A DNA stretch of 61,605 nucleotides, the filler included, from Candidatus Woesearchaeota archaeon (GTDB lineage Archaea > Nanobdellota > Nanobdellia > Woesearchaeales > BM511): assembly GCA_023266675.1 (NCBI GenBank). It is 4 parts of 4 records of this genome, joined end to end, with 100 filler letters (N's around TTAATTAATTAA, not from the genome) between each part and the next. Parts side by side here need not be neighbours in the genome. Positions count along the whole stretch, not along the records: positions 7,142 to 31,171 come from JAHFPP010000011.1; 3 more parts are not named here. One strand, 5' to 3'. A program made the translations under genes and the position numbers. Under the pieces are notes generated by a model. That model was not told the origin of the DNA, ran no database searches, and was given only the letters and a program-made list of their open reading frames with translations. Position 1 is the first letter of the stretch. Every line of letters starts with the position of its first letter. Positions 10,343 to 17,700 of this stretch are shown here, one piece after another.

Positions 10343-10436
10343 ATGGGCGTATCCGGTTAAAAGCTGAATCGCACTGGAGATAAACTTTCTATTAAGTTTT
10401 CTCTGAATAATAAAAAGTCGCAATGACTATTGGAGG
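10343..10436 (+). promoter_or_regulatory. Structured 5' leader of uS15 (candidate ribosomal leader)
   Basis: TTATAAAT at 10309-10316; hairpins at 10347-10372, 10375-10405 and 10416-10428; GGAGG at 10432-10436. Confidence 0.45.
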
Positions 10437-10443
10437 ACAGAAT

Positions 10444-10899
10444 ATGGCAAAGATGTATTCAGGTAAAAGAGGAAAATCCGGAAGTAAGAAACCGGTTAAA
10501 AAAGTAGTTCCGTCATGGGTAAGATATAAACCAAATGAAATAGAGCACCTAATTTTGAAAATCGCAAAAGAGGGAAAAACACCTTCACAAATAGGGATAG
10601 TGCTTAGGGACGTTTATGGTATTCCTGACGTTAAAGTCATCACAAAGAAGAACATCTCACAAATACTTGAAGAGAAAAAACTGCTTCCAAAGATACCGGA
10701 AGATATGATGGCATTAATCAGAAGGTCAATCATGATAAGAAAGCACTTAGAAGAAAACGGACACGACAATTCAGCGGTAAGAGGATTAATACTGACAGAT
10801 TCAAAGATCGGAAGGCTTTCTAAGTATTACAAAAGAATGAAAAAAATCGACGCTGACTGGAAGTTTGAACCAGAAAAAGTTAACCTGTACGTAGACTAA
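10444..10899 (+). CDS. rps15: 30S ribosomal protein uS15 (archaeal S15/S13e)
   Basis: GKSGSKKP...PSQIGIVLRDVYGIP...IPED...IRKHLEEN..D....RGLILTDSKI.RL.KYYK. Confidence 0.97.
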   Translation: MAKMYSGKRGKSGSKKPVKKVVPSWVRYKPNEIEHLILKIAKEGKTPSQIGIVLRDVYGIPDVKVITKKNISQILEEKKLLPKIPEDMMALIRRSIMIRKHLEENGHDNSAVRGLILTDSKIGRLSKYYKRMKKIDADWKFEPEKVNLYVD

Positions 10900-10911
10900 A
10901 TTATTTTTTTA

Positions 10912-11021
10912 TATGCACAAAAATGTTGAGAAACATTTTTGGCACAAAGAAATATTTTAATTTTTTGTGCAATAAATTATAAAATTTATTTGCATCCTAA
11001 AAATCCTTTTGGATTTTTATG
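10912..11021. repeat. Multi-hairpin palindromic intergenic element
   Basis: ATGCA...TGCAT encloses three AT-rich hairpins, followed by TAAAAATCC-TTTT-GGATTTTTA. Confidence 0.6.
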
Positions 11022-11133
11022 ATTTTATTTTTTTCAATTTCTGTTTAAGTTTAAGAATGAATAGTGCAAAGACATAAAGAAAAAATTATTCTAAGAATAA
11101 AATATAAATTTAATAAAAATATAAATTAAGAAA

Positions 11134-11403
11134 TTAAAGAGCTAATCTTATTTTATCAATGTTATCCGCAATCTGCTCGCCCTTTTTTGTAAGTGTGAGA
11201 AGTTTTAATCTTCCATTTTTTTCAAATCTCACAAGGTCTGCTTTTTCCATTTCCTGCAGTATCTTTACAACGTGCGAATATGTACAGTCAATTACTTTTG
11301 CAAGCGATGATGCATATATCTCCGTCTTTGAATTCTTAAGAGTCACAAGCATCATTGCTGGTTTTTCCCTAAAAAAGACATTAAAAATTTCTTTATTTTT
11401 CAT
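11134..11403 (-). CDS. Winged-HTH (MarR/ArsR-like) transcription regulator
   Basis: YASSLAKVIDCTYSHVVKIL..MEKADLV.FEKNGR.KL..LT.KG. Confidence 0.85.
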   Translation of the reverse strand: MKNKEIFNVFFREKPAMMLVTLKNSKTEIYASSLAKVIDCTYSHVVKILQEMEKADLVRFEKNGRLKLLTLTKKGEQIADNIDKIRLAL

Positions 11404-11568
11404 AAATAGACCCCCTCTGAATAATAATATTTTTTATCATTTTTAATTATATTTTAGAAAAGTTATTTTCCTTTATAAATATTTCGATTATTATTTTAGA
11501 AAGGATATATGAGTTTTCATAGAAAAAAGGTTTTATGAAAATAAAAATGCTCCTAATCGTGATTTTCA

Positions 11569-11683
11569 CCAACCTTTTAATAAAGCACAAGAAAACAAAG
11601 TTTTCTGTGCACAGAAAATGCATTTTTGCATTTTCTTGTGTTCGAGCAAAACATGGCGAATTTCTAAAACGAATTCACCTAGC
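11569..11683 (-). repeat. Dispersed structured element, copy 1 (homologous to 59428-59548)
   Basis: Shared blocks ACCTTTTA, CAAGAAAA..TTTTCTG.GCACAGAAAA, TCGAGCAAAA.ATGGCGA..TCACCTA; compensatory stem changes between the copies. Confidence 0.8.
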
Positions 11684-11726
11684 TTTTATATTTTTTGGTT
11701 GATTAGCAGTTGATATAAATAAAAAA

Positions 11727-11821
11727 TGCTCCTATTGGGATTCGAACCCAACTCCACAGCTCCGCAAGCCGCGATGTTATCTACCTGACGATAATTAGTC
11801 TCCAGGCTACACTATAGGAGC
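11727..11821 (-). tRNA. tRNA-Arg(GCG) with a 21-nt D-loop intron (11781-11801)
   Basis: Acceptor stem GCTCCTA/TAGGAGC, anticodon arm GCGGC-TTGCGGA-GCTGT, T arm TTGGG-TTCGAAT-CCCAA; BHB motif at the intron junctions. Confidence 0.93.
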
Positions 11822-11845
11822 ATTAGAAAACTAAGATATTTATAA

Positions 11846-11912
11846 GCTTTATTAAAACTTACGTTTTACTAAGCCAAAGGCTTTATTAAAACTTACGTTT
11901 TACTAAGCCAAA
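11846..11912. repeat. Tandem duplication with a 34-bp period and palindromic unit
   Basis: GCTTTATTAAAACTTACGTTTTACTAAGCCAAA at 11846-11878 and 11880-11912. Confidence 0.9.
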
Positions 11913-11983
11913 AAGATGGATTTGTTAAATTTAATTAATTTTAAATCTGAAAAAAAACATAACGGATTAAATATAATAAAGAA

Positions 11984-12838
11984 TTACATGATTTTTTGAT
12001 AGTTAGAATCTTCAGCCTTTTGCTTGATGTAATTGAAACTCTGCTTTGCATATATTATTGGGTGCTTTATAGGAACTGTTATTTTTCCTGAGTTCGTCGC
12101 TATCTTCTGCATCAGGTTAGTCTCCTTTCCAACTGTAAAATTTGTCTGTTTTTTTATGCTGTTCAAAAAATCCTCAACAGATGTTGGATATTTTGTGTAC
12201 GTCAATACTTTTCCAAGTTCAAAAAGCCTGTGTCCGTCTGAACCCGCAGTTATTCCTTTGTTTAATGTTCCTGCAAGCTTTACTGCGCTTTGGTTCATAT
12301 TTTTTAAGAGTGAACCATTGATTACTTCAACTGCGTCAAACTTCTTAAGCTCTTCAGGTGTTGCAATTTTATGATGAATCTCGCTGCATACTCCAGTCCA
12401 GCTTATTCCATAAGGGTGCGCTGCAGATAGTACACAGTTGTAATCTTTTGATGCATCCATCAGTTCAACAAATGGTATATTCAAAAAATGGCATCCGCGT
12501 TCCCTGTTAGGTAAAATGTTGTGATTATGAAACTCCTGGAGTTCATTTAGATTGTAAAAATAGTATAATAGGTGTATCCCCTCTTTTGATGTCGCTTCAG
12601 TTCCCGGAATTGTAAATACGTCCTTGTATTTTGAAAGCTCAATAGCACCGCGTATCTCATTATGATCAGTTATTGCAACGCCTATACCCATTTTCTTTGC
12701 TTTTTTTACTATTGTTGCAACTTTTCGTGAACCATCAGAGTATTTTGTGTGGTAATGCATGTCTACACACGTGAAACCTTGTCCTGCAAAATTCATCTGT
12801 TTTGGTTTTTTAAACGTTATTCTCTCATTAATATCCAT
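11984..12838 (-). CDS. PHP-domain metal-dependent phosphoesterase
   Basis: DMHYHTKYSDG, AITDHN, PGTE...GIHLL, AHP and GSDGH motifs. Confidence 0.92.
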   Translation of the reverse strand: MDINERITFKKPKQMNFAGQGFTCVDMHYHTKYSDGSRKVATIVKKAKKMGIGVAITDHNEIRGAIELSKYKDVFTIPGTEATSKEGIHLLYYFYNLNELQEFHNHNILPNRERGCHFLNIPFVELMDASKDYNCVLSAAHPYGISWTGVCSEIHHKIATPEELKKFDAVEVINGSLLKNMNQSAVKLAGTLNKGITAGSDGHRLFELGKVLTYTKYPTSVEDFLNSIKKQTNFTVGKETNLMQKIATNSGKITVPIKHPIIYAKQSFNYIKQKAEDSNYQKIM

Positions 12839-12979
12839 ATACCAATAGTGTTTGTTAAGGGTATATAAGTGTTATCTTTTTGTGAGCTGTAAAGTTAACG
12901 TCACCTAAAAACTGTCTTTTTTAGTGGGTTTGGGTATCTAAGAGAAAGTTTTATATTTAAATGATTGATTTTATACATA

Positions 12980-13729
12980 ATGGCATCTGTAAGTGTATTT
13001 AAGATTAAAGAGAATATAGATAAAATTAGTGTAAGAAAAAATATAGATTTAACAGGAACTACCCCTAAACAAAGTCAATTAGCCGAATTTAATATTATAA
13101 AAAAATTACCTCAACCTCATTCAGAAATTAAATTTATTGAAGAAAAATCAGGATATATAAAATATAAAATTAAGCATGAATCTAATACAATATTTGATGA
13201 GATTAAAGTATATAAATGGGATGTATTTGAGGATACAGGGGCTTATGAATCATCAGAACATATTACGAATAAAGGTTATCAAATAATACGTGAATTTAAC
13301 GTGTTAGTTAATCAAAAAGCTAAATTAGTATATGTTTTCTCAAAAAAAGATGATGCTAAAATTTTTATGATGCGTTTAAAAAATAACTTAGATATAGATT
13401 ACGAACCAGTTGAATTAGATTTATCAAAAATAGATGAAATACCTGAGATAATAGATGAATATGGTGCATGGGTAAATGATTCTGGAAATGTAATGAAACA
13501 TGGACATTTTGGTCATAAAGTAAAGAAATATATGGAAGGAAATGAACATAATGTAACCTCTTATAATGTGGTATATGATTATGGGGATGAAATTAATATT
13601 TATTTAGTAATCTCAAAAGAGGGCAGAATAAGTTCTCAGAGTAAATTTGTAAAAGAAGCAGTTTTACTTAAAATATTTGGTCATTTAAAAGAAAAATTAG
13701 AGATGTTACAACCACCTACAGATGATTAA
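12980..13729 (+). CDS. Hypothetical soluble protein (transposon cargo)
   Basis: 249-aa ORF from MASVSV; TATA-like box upstream; stop overlaps the convergent ORF. Confidence 0.75.
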   Translation: MASVSVFKIKENIDKISVRKNIDLTGTTPKQSQLAEFNIIKKLPQPHSEIKFIEEKSGYIKYKIKHESNTIFDEIKVYKWDVFEDTGAYESSEHITNKGYQIIREFNVLVNQKAKLVYVFSKKDDAKIFMMRLKNNLDIDYEPVELDLSKIDEIPEIIDEYGAWVNDSGNVMKHGHFGHKVKKYMEGNEHNVTSYNVVYDYGDEINIYLVISKEGRISSQSKFVKEAVLLKIFGHLKEKLEMLQPPTDD

Positions 13730-14373
13730 AGTATAGAAGTAAAATCATTTATTACATCAGTAACTTGTTCTAAACTAACATCTTTAAAATTTACTTTGTT
13801 AATATCTACTTTTACACGAGATTTATATTCCTGATTATTATATTCCATCTCATAATTTGTTAATTTGTATCCTTTAGGGGGAATCAATTTAAGATGCTTC
13901 CATAAATAGGGTAAATATAAGTCTAAAGAAAGATTTTCTATAGATTCAATTTTCTTATTTTTATTAAGTTGACCAATTAAAGTTACTATCTTTCTTAAAT
14001 CATCTTTTAAATCTCTTATTCCAGCTCTCTCATTTTCAGTCTCTATAATAAATATCTTTTCAGAATGTTTTTGAATAGTCAAATAAAAATCGTTAGTATT
14101 AATCTCTAAAACGATATTATTCTCTTTTTTTACTTTATCAAGTAATTCATTAGATTTTAATGATTTAACTATCTCTTTTTTAAATTCAGAAAAAGTTAAA
14201 TTTGATGAAACCCAAACAACAAAATTGATTTTTCCCTTTTTATTTATAGCTTTATAAAATGCACGTATCAATCTTTGACCTATAGAAAAATAATTTTCAA
14301 TAATGGCACCGATAATAGCTCCAGCAATAGTTCCAACGATTATTTCAAGGGTTAACTGTAAAAATTGATTCAT
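13726..14373 (-). CDS. Hypothetical protein with N-terminal TM helix (transposon cargo)
   Basis: IIVGTIAGAIIGAII hydrophobic helix; ATGA coupling to the upstream RHH gene. Confidence 0.75.
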   Translation of the reverse strand: MNQFLQLTLEIIVGTIAGAIIGAIIENYFSIGQRLIRAFYKAINKKGKINFVVWVSSNLTFSEFKKEIVKSLKSNELLDKVKKENNIVLEINTNDFYLTIQKHSEKIFIIETENERAGIRDLKDDLRKIVTLIGQLNKNKKIESIENLSLDLYLPYLWKHLKLIPPKGYKLTNYEMEYNNQEYKSRVKVDINKVNFKDVSLEQVTDVINDFTSIL

Positions 14374-14516
14374 TTTTCTACCTCTTTTCTTAAGTTCTCA
14401 AAAATTATATTAAAACAGTATGTTGACTTCTTTACACCTAATTCTTTAGCTTTCTTTTCTATTATATTATTTAATTTTTCCGATACTGATATTTTTATTT
14501 GTTTTTGGTCTGTCAT
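14370..14516 (-). CDS. 48-aa ribbon-helix-helix (CopG-like) regulator
   Basis: Manual translation MTDQKQIKISVSEKLNNIIEKKAKELGVKKSTYCFNIIFENLRKEVEK*. Confidence 0.75.
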   Translation of the reverse strand: MTDQKQIKISVSEKLNNIIEKKAKELGVKKSTYCFNIIFENLRKEVEK

Positions 14517-14545
14517 AGTACTTAATTAAGTACTAAATAAGTACT
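14516..14545. promoter_or_regulatory. Perfect 20-bp palindrome plus extra half-site (probable RHH operator)
   Basis: TAGTACTTAATTAAGTACTA at 14516-14535 and TAAGTACT at 14538-14545, between the RHH start and its TATA box. Confidence 0.65.
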
Positions 14546-14611
14546 CTTATTTATAAATCTTTTCTTTATAATCAAAAGATTTAAATAAAATGTTTTAAAA
14601 TAGGTTATAAA

Positions 14612-14866
14612 ATGGTATCAACATTAGATAAAATTGTAATTGGTATCGCTGTCGTCGGATTTGCATTTCTTATATCATTCTTTGCTAATAATTATACTGG
14701 GGCTGCGATAGGTTTAGTCATGATTGGTGCAGCTATAACTTTAAAGGTCATGGTAGATAATGGAAGACCCTCAAAAGCATTATGGTATATGTGGATTGCA
14801 ATTTTAGTTATTGTATTATTTCTTTTAGGGTTAGGTTCAGTAATACCAAAAATTAAGTTTGGTTAA
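14612..14866 (+). CDS. Small 3-TM membrane protein (transposon cargo)
   Basis: 84 aa, three hydrophobic segments. Confidence 0.7.
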   Translation: MVSTLDKIVIGIAVVGFAFLISFFANNYTGAAIGLVMIGAAITLKVMVDNGRPSKALWYMWIAILVIVLFLLGLGSVIPKIKFG

Positions 14867-15728
14867 ATGTAGCTAATCGTATCATTTCTAACCATTTATT
14901 AACGCCTTGATTGTTTGGTATTCCTGCGAGTTCGCTTGGTAGTTGTCCTGTCGTTGTGTGCTTTTCTATGTAATTATGCTGTAGAACTATTCCAGCCATT
15001 AAGATAGGAGCTGACCATAGAGCTTTTATACCTCTAAAATCATAAACTCTATCTTTAATCTTTGAGAAAACTGTCTCTATTCTTACGTTATGTTTTTTAC
15101 TTTTTCTCACGTTATTTATTATATGTTTTACATTATTATTTTCTTTGTATATTGAGTAAAACACTTTTCTAAAAGCTCTTGGATAAAATTTTGCGGCGTC
15201 AGTTTGAACATATTTTGGTAATACGCTTTTCTTTATCTTATTCATAAAATTAGTAGCATCTTTAACATTTTGACTATTAGAGCTGTATAGCGTAGCGTTT
15301 ATATATCGTGTATCCCAATCAACTGAACACCAAAAGACATCATTTCTTTTTTCACAATCAATTTCTGTTTCGTCAGCATATACCTTTCCAGATAGCTTTG
15401 GACTTAAAGTGTCAACATATCTCTGAACTTTTAAAGTATAACGTCTTACCCAGTCTAGTATTGAAACGTGGCTTATTTTGGTCTCTAAATGTCTTTCTAA
15501 CTGATTTCTCATTTTACGGCTTGAAAGATTTGATAAATATATATCTATTGACATAGTGATTATTTTTTCACTGTTTCTCATTCTGTAAAAACCCTCATCT
15601 TTAGTAAAGTATTTTCCACAATCAAGGCATAGATATTTCTGTATTTTACCTCTTTTTTCTGTTTTTCTGTATCCTTTTTTGATTGTGTTTTCTGATTTAC
15701 AGCATTTGCATTTAATCTTGTCATCCAT
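14853..15728 (-). CDS. DDE transposase, IS6-like, with N-terminal Zn ribbon
   Basis: CKCCKS...CLDCG, HTH, ADETEI, D.DTR, QTDAA.FY and NVRIE motifs; likely leaderless start MDDKIKC. Confidence 0.88.
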   Translation of the reverse strand: MDDKIKCKCCKSENTIKKGYRKTEKRGKIQKYLCLDCGKYFTKDEGFYRMRNSEKIITMSIDIYLSNLSSRKMRNQLERHLETKISHVSILDWVRRYTLKVQRYVDTLSPKLSGKVYADETEIDCEKRNDVFWCSVDWDTRYINATLYSSNSQNVKDATNFMNKIKKSVLPKYVQTDAAKFYPRAFRKVFYSIYKENNNVKHIINNVRKSKKHNVRIETVFSKIKDRVYDFRGIKALWSAPILMAGIVLQHNYIEKHTTTGQLPSELAGIPNNQGVNKWLEMIRLATFNQT

Positions 15729-15732
15729 ACCA

Positions 15733-15836
15733 TTTAGGTATCTAAACATATTTATATACTTTTAGGTATCTAAATATAATAATTATGATATATAGTTTTA
15801 GGTATCGAAAAGCTTATAAAGACTTAGGTATCTAAC
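15733..15836. promoter_or_regulatory. Four TTAGGTATCTAA-like operators flanking two divergent TATA boxes
   Basis: Copies start at 15733, 15761, 15797 and 15823; TTTATATA at 15751 and CTTATAAA at 15813. Confidence 0.75.
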
Positions 15837-15844
15837 TAATTATT

Positions 15845-16006
15845 ATGAGACTATTAAAACAAGTTAGCCGAGCATACAAAGAGAAATCATACCATAAACA
15901 CTGGATAGTAATCCCAAACAACCTTATAAAAGAGCTTAAATGGGATGAGGGAATAGAACTTAAAGCAGAAGTCAAGAATAATAAACTCATAATTGAAAAA
16001 GATTAA
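15845..16006 (+). CDS. 53-aa AbrB/MazE/SpoVT-type DNA-binding protein
   Basis: Manual translation MRLLKQVSRAYKEKSYHKHWIVIPNNLIKELKWDEGIELKAEVKNNKLIIEKD*. Confidence 0.8.
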   Translation: MRLLKQVSRAYKEKSYHKHWIVIPNNLIKELKWDEGIELKAEVKNNKLIIEKD

Positions 16007-16129
16007 TTAGGTTGTATACTTAAAAAAACAAAAGGTTTATATATCTAAATTAACTTCTATGTTTCAAAGAAACATAGAAGTAAATTATTAAATACTAATA
16101 TAATAATCTTTTTGTTAAGAGTTGAGATT

Positions 16130-16237
16130 ATGAGAAAAGAGATTATTAAAAAAGAGGGAATAATTGATTTATCTAAAGAGTTTGAAGAAATGTTTAGTAA
16201 TAACTATAAACTTCTTAAAGAATTATCTAAACATTGA
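16130..16237 (+). CDS. 35-aa peptide, candidate Doc-neutralising antitoxin
   Basis: MRKEIIKKEGIIDLSKEFEEMFSNNYKLLKELSKH*; convergent with and overlapping the Fic/Doc gene. Confidence 0.5.
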   Translation: MRKEIIKKEGIIDLSKEFEEMFSNNYKLLKELSKH

Positions 16238-16715
16238 TTAAGATTTTCTCTAACCATATTTTTATTTCTTTTGTATTGTTTTTATTTCCAATATCTGCCC
16301 ATTTTTTAAATAAAGTTATATGTTTTTCATACTGACTTAGAGGTAACGTTAAATTTATGTTATTTAAAGCTAAAAATAACCATAAAGTTACAAACCCTGT
16401 TCTTTTATTCCCATCAAAAAAAGGATGATTTAATTCTAAAAAACAATTAAATATTAGTGCACCTTTAAAAATTACTGTTTCTTTTTTATTTTTTTTATTA
16501 GGAGTATAATATTTTATTCCTGTAAAAGAGAGTATCGCGTCTGACATAATTTCTTTAGTTAATATGGAATCATTATCTTTTTCAAAAACTTCAACTAAAA
16601 AATCATGTAAATTGATTATTGTTTCTTTTTTTGGATATTTTATTCCTTCAATTTCATCATAATGTATATTAGAGAAATTTTTCTCAATCCATTTTTTTGT
16701 ATGAGTTGCTATCAT
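16227..16715 (-). CDS. Fic/Doc family protein (Doc-like)
   Basis: HPFFDGNKRTG motif. Confidence 0.88.
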   Translation of the reverse strand: MIATHTKKWIEKNFSNIHYDEIEGIKYPKKETIINLHDFLVEVFEKDNDSILTKEIMSDAILSFTGIKYYTPNKKNKKETVIFKGALIFNCFLELNHPFFDGNKRTGFVTLWLFLALNNINLTLPLSQYEKHITLFKKWADIGNKNNTKEIKIWLEKILINV

Positions 16716-16826
16716 AGTTAAAGAAATACGTAATAACTATTTAAAAATGAGTTTTTTAGGTGACGTTAACTTTACAGCTCATCTTTTTGATTAAAGATTG
16801 GTTAGTAGATAAGATGATAAAGAAAA

Positions 16827-17477
16827 TTAGACCTTTATTGCTATTGTTGACGGACTTCGCCTGCCTATTATTGGTCCGTCCTTAACTTCAAACCCTGCGG
16901 CTTTAAGATTGTCGCGAACAACCCTTGCGCATGAGTAAGTTGTCAGTATTGCGCCAGTATTCATTTTGTTATAAATATCTTTTAGGAACTCGTATTCCCA
17001 CATATGAGGCGCTTTTTTTGGCGAGAACGGGTCAAAGAAAACAACGTCTGCATTCTCAGCCACTGTTTTTATTTTTTCTTTTGCGTCACCAAGAAGAATG
17101 TGGATAGTCACATTATTTTCGTTTAGATAATGTGTTTTGACAACTTTTTTTATTAAATCAAAACTCTCAAATTTAGGCTCAACTTCAAGAATCGCATCTA
17201 ATATGGTCTGATCATTCTCAAACCCGTAAACAATTATCTCACAATCTTTGTTCACATGTTTTATCATGTCAATTGCAGCGGCGGAGTTGTATCCAAGACC
17301 AAAACAGACGTCAAATATGACTATTTTATCCTGTTTTTTTGCAAGTTCATCGACTCTTGCTGGCTTTGCGTGTTTTTCAAATGATTCCTCAACAGCGCCT
17401 GAGTGCGTGTGATAGCATTCGCCAACGTCAGGACTTCGGAATGTTACTGAGCCGTCAGCTGTGATTATTCTCTCCAT
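16827..17477 (-). CDS. MnmC/MnmD-like SAM-dependent tRNA methyltransferase
   Basis: TADGS.T..S....E.YH..SGA..ES, DVCFGLGYN, FFDPFSP...P.MW, TYS; likely start MERIIT. Confidence 0.85.
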   Translation of the reverse strand: MERIITADGSVTFRSPDVGECYHTHSGAVEESFEKHAKPARVDELAKKQDKIVIFDVCFGLGYNSAAAIDMIKHVNKDCEIIVYGFENDQTILDAILEVEPKFESFDLIKKVVKTHYLNENNVTIHILLGDAKEKIKTVAENADVVFFDPFSPKKAPHMWEYEFLKDIYNKMNTGAILTTYSCARVVRDNLKAAGFEVKDGPIIGRRSPSTIAIKV

Positions 17478-17612
17478 GATTGTCTGGAAAAAGCCGTTAG
17501 TTAAAAAGCTTACAATTTTGATAGAAATAAGTGTAACCATCATATGATAGTTAAAATAGTTAAATTTATAAATAGATTAAAAATACCACTGTATAGTTAC
17601 ATTATATTTAGA

Positions 17613-17660
17613 TTAATTGCATTAAAATTATTGATTGCATTAAAATTAATTACATTAAAA
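17613..17660. repeat. Three ~15-bp direct repeats TT(A/G)ATT(G/A)CATTAAAA
   Basis: Copies at 17613, 17631 and 17646, upstream of the coiled-coil gene. Confidence 0.65.
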
Positions 17661-17700
17661 AAATCAACAAAAAACAAAAAAACTAAATGAGGGATTAAAC

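Larger units (their letters stand above)
12883..16781. mobile_element. 3.9-kb cargo-carrying transposon (IS6-like DDE) with 29-bp TIRs and 8-bp TSD
   Basis: TGAGCTGTAAAGTTAACGTCACCTAAAAA at 12883-12911 and its exact inverse at 16753-16781; TCTTTTTG duplicated at 12875-12882 and 16782-16789; transposase inside; interior visibly more AT-rich. Confidence 0.93.

Noticed and set aside
11846..11912. Possible CRISPR mini-array
   Set aside because: Two abutting units with no spacer and no cas genes.
15733..15836. Possible CRISPR or guide-RNA array
   Set aside because: Units are only 12-14 bp with irregular spacing (28/36/26) and bracket TATA boxes; better explained as operators.
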